Under the pieces are notes generated by a model. The model searched no databases, was not told where the DNA came from, and worked only from the letters and a program-made list of their open reading frames with translations. A stretch of DNA of 41,415 nt from IMG/VR virus record IMGVR_UViG_2579778884_000014; one strand, 5' to 3'. How positions within the stretch are numbered: the first letter of the stretch is position 1; each line of letters opens with the position of its first letter. This stretch comes from a virus (lineage: Duplodnaviria; Heunggongvirae; Uroviricota; Caudoviricetes). A program made the translations under genes and the position numbers. Below, piece after piece: positions 1 to 8,490 of the stretch.

Positions 1-555
1 TCATTTATCTCCGACCGGAAACCTCTTATACAAAGTCGATATGCCAACATCATAGATGATCGCCACCTTCTGGCGAGGAACTCCTGATGCAATTAATCGT
101 CCGGCCTGTGCCCATTGTTCTGGTGTAAGTTTGGGACGTCGTCCACCAATTCGTCCCTGTGCGCGAGCAGCTTCCAGGCCAGCTTTTGTTCGTTCAACAA
201 TCAGTTCTCGTTCCATTTCAGCCAGGGCACCCATCACATGAAAGAAAAAACGCCCCATCGGTGTGCTGGTATCAATAGCATCCGTCAGGCTGCGAAAATT
301 AACGCCACGTTCGCGCAACTCCTCAACCAGAATGACCAGATGCCGCATACTACGCCCCAGCCGATCCAGCTTCCAGACAACCAGAGTGTCACCTGCCGAT
401 AATGTCCTGAGCAGTTTTTTCAGTCCCGGCCTTTCGGACTTTGTACCGCTTATTTTGTCTTCAAAAATCAGCTCGCATCCTGCACAGTTCAGCGCATTAC
501 GTTGTAGATCTGTGTTCTGGTCATTTGTTGACACACGTACATAGCCAATAAGCAT
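1..555 (-). CDS. pin: Serine DNA invertase (Pin/Gin/Hin/Cin family)
   Basis: Minus-strand ORF ending at the window edge; translation from the internal ATG (MLIGYVRVSTNDQNTDLQRNAL...) matches the canonical N-terminus of Pin/Gin-type invertases. ATG at 555 has a GGGAGA Shine-Dalgarno, the upstream ATG at 591 does not. Lies beside an inverted-repeat-bounded tail-fibre segment. Confidence 0.9.
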   Translation of the reverse strand: MLIGYVRVSTNDQNTDLQRNALNCAGCELIFEDKISGTKSERPGLKKLLRTLSAGDTLVVWKLDRLGRSMRHLVILVEELRERGVNFRSLTDAIDTSTPMGRFFFHVMGALAEMERELIVERTKAGLEAARAQGRIGGRRPKLTPEQWAQAGRLIASGVPRQKVAIIYDVGISTLYKRFPVGDK

Positions 556-610
556 GGTAGATCTCCCTGACAAAAGCAGGAATGATGCCATTTGCTCGTT
601 ATTTCTGCAT

Positions 611-634
611 TTTCATAAACGTTGGTTTGGGAGA
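611..634. repeat. Invertase crossover site, left boundary of invertible segment
   Basis: TTTCATAAACG-TT-GGTTTGGGAGA; the 13 bp TTGGTTTGGGAGA (622..634) is the exact reverse complement of TCTCCCAAACCAA at 2451..2463. Resembles gix/hix/cix-type sites with an AAAC..GTTT core around a central dinucleotide. Confidence 0.7.
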
Positions 635-1079
635 AGGTGCTCCAGCTATTGGCGTTCCGTTCTTCTGGCCGTCCGCCGCAATGCCAAATTCTGTCATCGA
701 CAGCTGGTCCGGTATGGTGTTTTTGAAGTTCAACGGGGCGAAATTTTCTGCCACTGATTACCCTGTGCTGGCGAAAGTGTTTCCTTCGCTGGTATTACCT
801 GAAGCCCGCGGTGATTTCATTCGTATCTGGGATGACGGGCGAGGTGCAGATGGTGGTCGCGAATTATTAAGCTGGCAGGAAGCTACAAACTTTTCTCAGT
901 TTGCCGGGAATATAGGCGGAGGTGCGGGACACGCAATTGACTTTCATGATGGCATCGCCGGAAATCAGCCAGGATTTTCACGATTTAATTTCACCAGTAA
1001 CTCTGTGGGTGATGGTGTGAATTTTGTTGCTGTCAGACCGCGAAATATTGCATTTAACTTTCTGGTGAGGGCTAAATAA
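624..1079 (+). CDS. Alternate tail-fibre C-terminal variable segment, not joined to the fibre N-terminus in this orientation
   Basis: Open frame starting at the left crossover site with no credible own start; encodes ...NVGLGEG... at the site, matching ...ENLGLGEAA... at the right-hand site inside the expressed fibre gene. Stop overlaps the ATG of the downstream assembly gene (TAATG). Confidence 0.6.
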   Translation, partial: GLGEGAPAIGVPFFWPSAAMPNSVIDSWSGMVFLKFNGAKFSATDYPVLAKVFPSLVLPEARGDFIRIWDDGRGADGGRELLSWQEATNFSQFAGNIGGGAGHAIDFHDGIAGNQPGFSRFNFTSNSVGDGVNFVAVRPRNIAFNFLVRAK

Positions 1080-1672
1080 TGAAACCTGTTTTTGATGAAA
1101 ATGGGCTGGCTACAGTGCCGGGCGATATGCGTTGTTTTTATTATGATGCTGAAACAACTGAGTATACGGGCTGGTCTGATGAATATATTAATACTGGCGT
1201 AAGTATGCCCGCCTGTTCCACTGGTATTGACCCGGGCGAAAACATTCCGGGAAAAGTGGCAGTATTTACGGGTAAGGGATGGAGCCATGAAGAAGACCAT
1301 CGCAATGAGACTGTTTACTCAACAGAAAATGGTGCAGCTGTTACAGTGGATTATATCGGTGCCATCAAAGACGGTTATGTCACGCTTTCACCGTTAACGC
1401 CATACGATAAATGGGATGGTGAGAAATGGGTGACGGATACCGAGGCACAGCATAGCGCCGCAGTAGGCGCGGCAGAAGCACAGCGCCAGTCGCTGATTGA
1501 TGCAGCAATGGCTTCCATTAGTCTGATTCAGCTGAAATTACAGGCCGGGCGGAAACTGACGCAGGCAGAAACAACCCGGCTTAACGCTGTGCTGGATTAC
1601 ATTGACGCGGTGACGGCAACAGATACCAGCACCGCGCCGGATGTCATCTGGCCTGAACTGACGGAGGCGTAG
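1079..1672 (+). CDS. Tail-fibre assembly protein, alternate copy
   Basis: 197 aa ORF directly after the alternate fibre segment, GGTGAGGG Shine-Dalgarno; position and size typical of Tfa/Mu U-prime type fibre chaperones. Converges on the minus-strand copy with a 29 bp 3-prime overlap. Confidence 0.7.
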   Translation: MKPVFDENGLATVPGDMRCFYYDAETTEYTGWSDEYINTGVSMPACSTGIDPGENIPGKVAVFTGKGWSHEEDHRNETVYSTENGAAVTVDYIGAIKDGYVTLSPLTPYDKWDGEKWVTDTEAQHSAAVGAAEAQRQSLIDAAMASISLIQLKLQAGRKLTQAETTRLNAVLDYIDAVTATDTSTAPDVIWPELTEA

Positions 1673-2084
1673 GCCATTCAATATCTGGCGCACTGGAAGT
1701 ATCGACCATTTCCAGTGCGTCCAGGTAATCCAGCCACAAATTATATTGCGCCAGTTCCTCACCTTTCAGACGACCAATAGCCGCTTTACCAGGCCATTGT
1801 TTACTGTTCATATAATCGTTGGCCTGATTAATCAATTGCTGCTTTTCCAGTTCGGCTGCAGCAATCTGTTCCTCATGCGTTGGTGGTGGAATTTCAGACC
1901 ATGCAGGAAAACCATTTTCTCCAGCGATACGGATTTTTCCTTCCGGCGGTAATCCGGAAAACTCAATATACACTTGCTCATCAACTTCAACAGCATCATC
2001 TGGCCATGAGTCAGCTTGCGTGTAATCCTCTTTCATCTCCAAGGGATAGAAAGAGTTTGTAGTCGCGGAATATATGTAATTCAT
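1644..2084 (-). CDS. Tail-fibre assembly protein, copy in the expressed orientation
   Basis: 146 aa ORF immediately downstream of the expressed fibre gene; the C-terminal halves of the two assembly proteins are similar (…LDY.DA…TS.APD..WP… in both). Confidence 0.75.
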   Translation of the reverse strand: MNYIYSATTNSFYPLEMKEDYTQADSWPDDAVEVDEQVYIEFSGLPPEGKIRIAGENGFPAWSEIPPPTHEEQIAAAELEKQQLINQANDYMNSKQWPGKAAIGRLKGEELAQYNLWLDYLDALEMVDTSSAPDIEWPTPPSVQAR

Positions 2085-2110
2085 TTTTCACTCCATAAAG
2101 TTAAAAGAAA

Positions 2111-2818
2111 TTAACACCCTAATGCGAAAAATGAAGCACCGATACCGGGTACGCCTGCTCTGGAAATAAATTTCACCGGGTCCTGGTTATAACCGGCACA
2201 AGCTATATAGCCAACATTTGCACTGCCGGGAGTGTAATCCTGAGTCGCAAATACCCGCAGACATCTGTTCGGAAATGCAATCGGAAAATAGGTTACTGTG
2301 TCCTGAGACGTCAGCGGAACATCAATTGGCCCCCATTGAATAATTAAACCGGATGGCAATTTTTGATATCCAGGAACTGAAGCAGAAAGCATAAAACTAC
2401 CCATATCAGGTATCTGATTCGTCCCTGTCCCCACATTCCTTTTTGCCGCCTCTCCCAAACCAAGGTTTTCGAGAGCCGTTTTCACCGTGCCATCCGATTT
2501 GATATCGCCAAACGGATTCTTGCGGCTCAGGTATTCAACAGCAAACCCCGATCCCAGCAATTCAACAAAACCGGGCAGATCACCATTATCAAGCACATCC
2601 CGTTGCGTTTTGTCACTTACAAACTGGGCCAGAGCTGCAGCAATAAAGCTGGCCTGCCGAATAACCTTATTGACTTGCGCACTGGATGCTTTCCCTGCTG
2701 TAAATCCGGATAAAAGCGCAGGCAACGCTTCCCATTCCTCCTGCGACATAACATTGGCATTTTTACCCGTTGCGAATGCTTTAAAGTCATTTTTTGCCAT
2801 CAGAGTAATACTCCCCAT
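2111..2818 (-). CDS. Tail fibre protein (constant N-terminus fused to invertible C-terminus)
   Basis: 235 aa ORF; the right crossover site (2451..2474) lies in-frame at about residues 115-123, so about 118 N-terminal residues are constant and the C-terminus is swapped by inversion. Confidence 0.75.
   Translation of the reverse strand: MGSITLMAKNDFKAFATGKNANVMSQEEWEALPALLSGFTAGKASSAQVNKVIRQASFIAAALAQFVSDKTQRDVLDNGDLPGFVELLGSGFAVEYLSRKNPFGDIKSDGTVKTALENLGLGEAAKRNVGTGTNQIPDMGSFMLSASVPGYQKLPSGLIIQWGPIDVPLTSQDTVTYFPIAFPNRCLRVFATQDYTPGSANVGYIACAGYNQDPVKFISRAGVPGIGASFFALGC
2451..2474. repeat. Invertase crossover site, right boundary of invertible segment
   Basis: TCTCCCAAACC-AA-GGTTTTCGAGA, a near-palindrome; inverted copy of the site at 611..634. 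Confidence 0.7.
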
Positions 2819-3480
2819 GCCCCTACATCAAAACCACTGATGAATTCGTTATCCATATCAAAACCAAAAAATTTTGAACCTTCCGATGGGGTTTCCACCG
2901 AAGGTGTTTCAATGCCACCCGCCCACACCCCGGCGGCTTTTACTGTGAGATATCCCTGTTTAATTGCAGCAATTAACTCACGCGATACATCTGAAATATC
3001 AGTATCAGGAAAGACCCAGACCGATATCGTCATGTCCTGGTTATCGACTATCTGCATTCGCAGCCCGGATCCTGCTGTTGCCGCGTCAAGAATTACCGGA
3101 AGCGAATCATTCCGTCCGTCCCAGTTATTAATCGCAATCTTCGCTTTAAGGATGACACGATAAGTTTCATCGCTGAGGTACATGTATCCGGAATCAGGAT
3201 CGTATGGCCCCTGCCATACACCCTGATCATATCCAAGCCCGTCGGTATCCCAGCTGAAATAGACACCTGAGATAGGCTGGCTGACAACACGGCTACGTCC
3301 GATCCACAATCCAAGAATGTCAAGTTGCACACCAACCGCGGAGTCAATATCAAATGCAGTAATCAACCCTCTGGTGGCCGCCGCAACATCAATAAGCGGC
3401 CGGGTCATCAGATCAACATGCGCAAGAAATTTAGGTTTGGTGGCGTGGTAGTTCGTGATTAGTTCGGTGTATTTGCTCAT
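2800..3480 (-). CDS. Baseplate / tail-fibre-associated protein (DUF2612-like)
   Basis: 226 aa ORF between the baseplate J-like gene and the tail fibre, overlapping both neighbours by a few bases; GxQLDxLG-type motif recalled from DUF2612 tail proteins. Confidence 0.55.
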   Translation of the reverse strand: MSKYTELITNYHATKPKFLAHVDLMTRPLIDVAAATRGLITAFDIDSAVGVQLDILGLWIGRSRVVSQPISGVYFSWDTDGLGYDQGVWQGPYDPDSGYMYLSDETYRVILKAKIAINNWDGRNDSLPVILDAATAGSGLRMQIVDNQDMTISVWVFPDTDISDVSRELIAAIKQGYLTVKAAGVWAGGIETPSVETPSEGSKFFGFDMDNEFISGFDVGAWGVLL

Positions 3481-4676
3481 GACTCCACCGTTATAACGAT
3501 ATTTTCCGGGGTACAGGACGCAAATTCGTTGTATCTGATATCAATGTTTGATGACGACAAAGCCCCCGGGGATTTCCCAATCGTCAGTTCCTGAATATCG
3601 TAATAGCGTGCATTCCCGCCACTCACCACGCCAAGATTCGCCGGTGAGTAAATGCGACTTAAAAGGACCGAATCACCAATCATCAGACTATTGATATAGT
3701 CGGAAATAGCCTGCTGGATCTGCTGCCCTATCTGTGAGGTATAACCCGTAAAAACTTTTAATTTAATCCGGGCATAAACAGGCACATCACTGGAACGCGA
3801 GAATTTGATTACATGGGGATTGCCGTATTTATCCGGAACCGTAACGGATGTTGTACCGTGAGTGGCTGTCCCCTGGCCTTTATTTCCTCTGATAGCCTGA
3901 GCAATATCCGTCACATCACCGCCATCCACAATTACAGCAACAGAGTGTGGCGGTAACCCGTTACCGTCCTCTGAACCAGTATCGTTTTCATAGAGTTTGT
4001 GGCGGGTTACACCGGTAACATTAGAAACAGCACCATCCAGTGCTTCAAATGGGGTTATTGATGGCAACGCAACACTTTGCGACTGACGGATACGTAACTC
4101 CGCATCAGTTTCTGCCGGAGTGCCTACAGTAGCTGCAGCAGGATTGGTTACCGAAACCCAGCCACGGGTTGGCGTATTAATTTCAGTGATAGTTCCAGCC
4201 AGCGCCGCCACTGCACCACTGACGGAACATGTTGCGGTCGCCATCACTGTACCATCCACGCCGACCACCACTGAAGCAGGCAAACGCCATATCACATTAT
4301 TACCATCTTTCACGCTGCCATTAATGATGGTTGTTCCGGCAGTTCCTGTAAGAAGCAAATCAACCGTAGAGTTCGTCGCGCCTTTACGTGAAATACCATT
4401 TATTTTCACGTTACTGGTCAGTGCAGCCCCATAGCCGGTTGCCGGTGAAAAACAGTTGTAGACAGTTATCGCAGTATTATTGGCATCATGAATCGCCAGC
4501 GCCATCAGAGCCACCATCTGGCCGTCTTTGCTGTCCGGTTCGAGGTAGGCATCACTGCCATAAATCTGCTGAAAATAGCTAATCAGGGTGCTGAGTATCG
4601 TCTGATAATCAGGCGCACTGATCCCCTCCGCGGTTACCTTTGCAGATAAACCGAGAGAATCAAGGTTCAGAGCCAT
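3477..4676 (-). CDS. Baseplate J-like protein
   Basis: 399 aa ORF at the expected position upstream of the fibre genes in Mu/P2-like baseplate modules; translationally coupled to neighbours. Confidence 0.65.
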   Translation of the reverse strand: MALNLDSLGLSAKVTAEGISAPDYQTILSTLISYFQQIYGSDAYLEPDSKDGQMVALMALAIHDANNTAITVYNCFSPATGYGAALTSNVKINGISRKGATNSTVDLLLTGTAGTTIINGSVKDGNNVIWRLPASVVVGVDGTVMATATCSVSGAVAALAGTITEINTPTRGWVSVTNPAAATVGTPAETDAELRIRQSQSVALPSITPFEALDGAVSNVTGVTRHKLYENDTGSEDGNGLPPHSVAVIVDGGDVTDIAQAIRGNKGQGTATHGTTSVTVPDKYGNPHVIKFSRSSDVPVYARIKLKVFTGYTSQIGQQIQQAISDYINSLMIGDSVLLSRIYSPANLGVVSGGNARYYDIQELTIGKSPGALSSSNIDIRYNEFASCTPENIVITVES

Positions 4677-5029
4677 TACGCCTCCGATGTAACAGTCGTT
4701 ATTCCATAAAGAGTGTCGATTTCAGCGGAAAACATGACACGTCGGGTCGTGGTATCCAGCGTCGTATTGAAAGAGAGGATTGATTTAACGCCCTGCGTTT
4801 CGAGGATGCGCTTACGGATCGCCAGGTTGTAGGTTTCCGGCTTCTGCTTACCGAGTACGGACTGGATCCACGGAGTCCCCTCGGTGGTGTCGAGAAACCA
4901 TTGCCCATACCACAATTCGAATCGCGTTTTTACCGCCTGCGCCACGGCCTCCGGTGAGTTAATCAGCCAGGTGTCATCACCGCTGCCAAAGGTGTAATCG
5001 CCATCGGCGTCTTCACGTCTGTATCGCAT
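4676..5029 (-). CDS. Small baseplate assembly protein (gp25/W-like position)
   Basis: 117 aa ORF between spike and J-like genes with start/stop coupling; call is by synteny only. Confidence 0.45.
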   Translation of the reverse strand: MRYRREDADGDYTFGSGDDTWLINSPEAVAQAVKTRFELWYGQWFLDTTEGTPWIQSVLGKQKPETYNLAIRKRILETQGVKSILSFNTTLDTTTRRVMFSAEIDTLYGITTVTSEA

Positions 5030-5781
5030 CAGTTTACCCCGTCGGTACTGCTTTCACCGCGCTGAACACCACCATGAGTGTGCGTATCATCGATTGGCTT
5101 GCCGTTAGCCTTCACGCCCCCCAAAAACTCAACAGCACCAGTGATTTTTGAAGCCACACCAGAAACCACAGACCCCACCATGCCCCCCATCCAGGTTAAC
5201 AGGCCATGAATGGTTACTTTCTCAGAAAAATCAGCCAGGGGGGCAACCACATCAAGACCACCTGGAGCGACAATTTTAATTTTCCTGGTATCAGGATTAA
5301 GCTCAAAATAGGTGCTGCCGTCATCACTACGCAACTGTGTGGCACTGGTATTAATACCGCTAATCTTCCTTGCCTGCGACTGGGGACCGACAATACAAAA
5401 CGCATCCGATAAATCATGCATTCTGTCATCGACCGACTCCTGTATCCCGCCACTCTGCCACCAGAAATCAATACAACGATCGGCAAAAATCACCAAACAT
5501 TCATCACCGGCTTTAACTGGGAACGTTAGCGTACATCCTCCGCCGCGCGGGAATACCACTGGCACATCCACCAGCAATGGGTAATTTTTGGTAATGCGGT
5601 TGCCGTCATTATCCTTTTCAACCGAACGGATAGCAGGCTGCACAACTGCCGTCACCGCATCAGGATCGAATGACTGAATAATGCCAGGCAAGGCGACACG
5701 GATCTGGTTCTTTGTTGTTTCCCGTTCAGATTTGAATGTTTCGGCAAGGTCGCCGCTGCGGGTCTGGTCAGATACTGCCAT
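5029..5781 (-). CDS. Baseplate central spike (gpV/Mu gp45-like)
   Basis: 250 aa ORF; synteny with the P2 V / Mu gp45 position, glycine-rich C-terminal region. Confidence 0.55.
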   Translation of the reverse strand: MAVSDQTRSGDLAETFKSERETTKNQIRVALPGIIQSFDPDAVTAVVQPAIRSVEKDNDGNRITKNYPLLVDVPVVFPRGGGCTLTFPVKAGDECLVIFADRCIDFWWQSGGIQESVDDRMHDLSDAFCIVGPQSQARKISGINTSATQLRSDDGSTYFELNPDTRKIKIVAPGGLDVVAPLADFSEKVTIHGLLTWMGGMVGSVVSGVASKITGAVEFLGGVKANGKPIDDTHTHGGVQRGESSTDGVN

Positions 5782-5803
5782 TTAGTAGGCTCCAGAAAGC
5801 AAA

Positions 5804-5823
5804 AAACCCGCCGAAGCGGGTTT
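5804..5823 (-). terminator. Intrinsic terminator after the cargo cassette
   Basis: Perfect hairpin AAACCCGC-CGAA-GCGGGTTT; on the minus-strand transcript the stem is followed by UUUUUUGC. Lies between the cargo stop (5841) and the spike gene start (5781). Confidence 0.6.
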
Positions 5824-5840
5824 GATAACGTTAATTTTAT

Positions 5841-6236
5841 TCATGAAACTCTAGCAGACTTTAGCTGTTCCCAGCGCTCAAAATAGAGTTCAGCAGCCTC
5901 GATTGCATCCTGTCCCATCTCTTTCGAAACAGTCACATTCGTCAGATCATAGTCAGCTTCATTTCTAGCATCCCGCCACTGGCGAAGTACGAAAGCTAGG
6001 GATTTCAGTGTATTTGTCGGGTATGGCTCTGATTTGCACTCTGAGGGCGTTGACATATAACCCACAGTATTTTTGTGATGCTCATGGGTAAAATGCGGTA
6101 TGGCAGTAAGTGAGCTAATAGACTCATGTAACATACTGTAATACGCCCTTGAGATAGCGCTTCGAAATCCACTCTCAATATTTTCAGACAGACATAATCG
6201 AGCGGTATCGAGAATCTGATTGCTAGTTACCGACAT
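5841..6236 (-). CDS. Hypothetical protein, cargo gene 2; possible HEPN-like fold
   Basis: 131 aa ORF overlapping the upstream cargo gene by 14 bp; contains ...SRAYYSMLH... (R-x6-H) and a second LRQWRDARNEADYD helix. AT-rich relative to flanking tail genes by eye. Confidence 0.7.
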   Translation of the reverse strand: MSVTSNQILDTARLCLSENIESGFRSAISRAYYSMLHESISSLTAIPHFTHEHHKNTVGYMSTPSECKSEPYPTNTLKSLAFVLRQWRDARNEADYDLTNVTVSKEMGQDAIEAAELYFERWEQLKSARVS

Positions 6237-6996
6237 GGTAGCTCACCCCCGTATGCAACTGACGCGGAGAGGTAAATCTAGCTAACAGGGAACAATCATC
6301 CAGTTTAGATTCAGCGCAGACTCTATCAGCCAAGTCGAAGTTCATTTTGGCAATAGTTTTAGGCTCAAGATTTTTAATATCAACAACATAGCAACCGCTT
6401 CCACTAAGCTGAACGAAACCTGTCGTAGCCTTGTATTCACTTAGCAAGCCCCAGATTATGGATGCTAAGGTCTGGAACTGTTCCTTCGAGCACTGTGTGG
6501 CGCTATAGAAATTATCCATTTCTGCAAGGAGTTCTTCTTTGTGCTTCATAGCATTACTCCTGCCTTCTGATTCAGAAAGAAGCTTAATGTGCTCTTCCAT
6601 ATAAAATTTTAACTGTTCACGCTCGCCGCAACGGTACGCCCAACTGTATGCGTTGTGACTAAAGAGTTTTGTCCGATACTTCTTTGCCAGCGGGACATAG
6701 ACATCCTTGAGTTCATTATAGCTAAATGTATTAATTAAAATGTGATGATAGTGCATTGCCAACGTTACATCGTTTACTTCTAGGCTTATCCTGAGATAAC
6801 GTAACGCGCTTTCAATCTTTCCGGTTATTGCATCCAGATAAGATAGTGCAATGTTGGTAGCAGGCGTTGGAGAGACAGAAAGTTCCTCTCGAATTTTCTT
6901 TTCAGTGAAGGGATCTAAACTTTCCCTATCCAATAGAAGCGCATTGAATTGTTCAATATATTTTTGCGCTTTTTCTAATGGGATGCCTGCCGCCAT
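6223..6996 (-). CDS. Hypothetical protein, cargo gene 1
   Basis: 257 aa ORF with no recognisable virion-protein or enzyme motif; AT-rich by eye; preceded by a promoter-like element and a weak AAGAGA Shine-Dalgarno. Confidence 0.7.
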   Translation of the reverse strand: MAAGIPLEKAQKYIEQFNALLLDRESLDPFTEKKIREELSVSPTPATNIALSYLDAITGKIESALRYLRISLEVNDVTLAMHYHHILINTFSYNELKDVYVPLAKKYRTKLFSHNAYSWAYRCGEREQLKFYMEEHIKLLSESEGRSNAMKHKEELLAEMDNFYSATQCSKEQFQTLASIIWGLLSEYKATTGFVQLSGSGCYVVDIKNLEPKTIAKMNFDLADRVCAESKLDDCSLLARFTSPRQLHTGVSYHVGN

Positions 6997-7025
6997 GGAT
7001 TATTTCTCTTACTAAAGGGATTGTG

Positions 7026-7054
7026 ATTGTGAACTTTGAACAATATCTCGTCAA
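7026..7054 (-). promoter_or_regulatory. Putative sigma70 promoter for the cargo cassette
   Basis: On the minus strand TTGACG - 17 nt - CACAAT about 30 nt upstream of the ATG at 6996, in the 95 bp gap after the 110 aa gene. Imperfect -10; not validated. Confidence 0.3.
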
Positions 7055-7091
7055 CCTTAAAGCGCTCATCTCGGAAGATTGACATCAAACT

Positions 7092-7424
7092 TTAGCGTAA
7101 CGCCTTTTTACACGGGAAAGATCCAATGATTTTCGGCGCGTCCATGCTGTTCTGCAGCAGCTGGACGTTCAGGAAAGCTTTTCCGTTACGTTTCACAAAC
7201 TCAAAGCCGTAATTGTTACCATCACGGGAAGGCATCAGGCCCATGTCCATTTTCATGTTTGAATAGTCACCATCTTTTCCCAGAAATTTTATCTTCTGTG
7301 ATGTGACAGTTTCACCGTTAATAACAGTCATTCCGTCACCGGTCATCGTGTAGTTGCCGCACTGAATTGCAGCCATCGCCGGAGCAGTAACCATCATAAC
7401 TAACGCCAAACATAACCGTTTCAT
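7092..7424 (-). CDS. Small secreted protein of unknown function (signal peptide)
   Basis: 110 aa; N-terminus MKRLCLALVMMVTAPAMAA looks like a Sec signal peptide with an AxA cleavage site; start overlaps the stop of the upstream gene (TAATG). Confidence 0.65.
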   Translation of the reverse strand: MKRLCLALVMMVTAPAMAAIQCGNYTMTGDGMTVINGETVTSQKIKFLGKDGDYSNMKMDMGLMPSRDGNNYGFEFVKRNGKAFLNVQLLQNSMDAPKIIGSFPCKKALR

Positions 7425-8488
7425 TAAAGCCCTCTTTCCCTCGCTGATGAGGAAACAAGATCCGCCGCGCCACGCGCTTCACACATCATATCCATGTACC
7501 ACGCCTGGCCCCTTGTGTCGCCAGTGTACATAATCCCGCGCACAATATAAACGCCATCCGTTGCGATGCTGGCAGGCTGCGATGTGGTGCCGCTGAGCGT
7601 GATATTTCCGTCCGTGTTCTGGTCGGTGATCTGACCACCAGCCATCGCAATATCGTTGTTCGACAACGCGGTACGATAGACGGAAGCCTGATCCAGCTGA
7701 ATGAGCCCGTTAACCCGGATGTTCGGATTAATAAGCGCGCGGACGTTTACGCCGTTACCGATAGTCTGCTGCGGCATTCCAATAAGCCCGGTAGCGCTGT
7801 TGAGCACAATCGCTTCGTGAACATATTCGTTATTCGCCACCATCTGGCGCTGACCGTCCACGAATTGCCATGTTGCGCCACATTGTCCGGCTACGTTATC
7901 CATTAGATGCCGCGTCATGCCAAAGAGTACCCGCCCCCGAGGGAATACAGTAGCAGGCATTTCAGGCGTCAGGCCTTCGGTCGCGCCTTTGGCTTCGAAG
8001 TCTTTCATCAGCGCACGGTTCACATCAGCGACCGTGTAACCGGCAGCCAGCGTCTGTGAGGTTATACTGGTAGCAAAAGCCAGATCAGTATCTGCTGCCT
8101 GAATCAGGACGTAGGTATCAACCGGACTGTCTTTTCCTGTGACCGAGTAGCGAATTTCACCGCTGAAAATCAGTCCGTAGTTGCGGCCATCTCTCTGGCC
8201 CACGTCCGCCGCGTCAACTTCCCGCACGGTCCCTACGTCGCTTGCTGACACCTCCGGCGCGATACCGTCGTAACCGGCAATCAGACGCACTTTCGAAAAC
8301 TCCTGCCCGGTAATTCGGTTCACAGTATCTGCCGAGAGGTTATAAATTTTGATAGTCCCTACCCGGGACGCGCTGCTGATGTTGAACCAGTCGATCGTAA
8401 AGGTGACTTTGAAATCACTTAGCTCAATTCCCTGACCGTTCCCGTCCACAAGCTGCAGCTCGAAATGTCTCATCCAGTTCTGTGACAT
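7424..8488 (-). CDS. Baseplate hub-like tail protein
   Basis: 354 aa ORF downstream of the tape measure block; assignment by synteny with P2 gpD / Mu hub position. Confidence 0.5.
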   Translation of the reverse strand: MSQNWMRHFELQLVDGNGQGIELSDFKVTFTIDWFNISSASRVGTIKIYNLSADTVNRITGQEFSKVRLIAGYDGIAPEVSASDVGTVREVDAADVGQRDGRNYGLIFSGEIRYSVTGKDSPVDTYVLIQAADTDLAFATSITSQTLAAGYTVADVNRALMKDFEAKGATEGLTPEMPATVFPRGRVLFGMTRHLMDNVAGQCGATWQFVDGQRQMVANNEYVHEAIVLNSATGLIGMPQQTIGNGVNVRALINPNIRVNGLIQLDQASVYRTALSNNDIAMAGGQITDQNTDGNITLSGTTSQPASIATDGVYIVRGIMYTGDTRGQAWYMDMMCEARGAADLVSSSARERGL

Positions 8489-8490
8489 GC

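Larger units (their letters stand above)
611..2474. other. Invertible tail-fibre host-range segment (~1.86 kb)
   Basis: Bounded by the two inverted crossover sites. Contains two convergent sets of fibre C-terminus plus tail-fibre-assembly genes, with the invertase gene immediately adjacent, as in the Mu G segment, P1 C segment and e14 P segment. Confidence 0.7.

Noticed and set aside
556-591. Upstream ATG at 591 as the pin start
   Set aside because: No Shine-Dalgarno upstream; the ATG at 555 has GGGAGA and gives the canonical MLIGYVRVST invertase N-terminus.
582-1079. Track ORF treated as an independent 165 aa gene starting at ATG 582
   Set aside because: The N-terminal 14 codons lie outside the invertible segment, overlap the pin promoter region and have no ribosome-binding site. 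The coding part begins at the crossover site and is the silent alternative fibre C-terminus, not a standalone gene.
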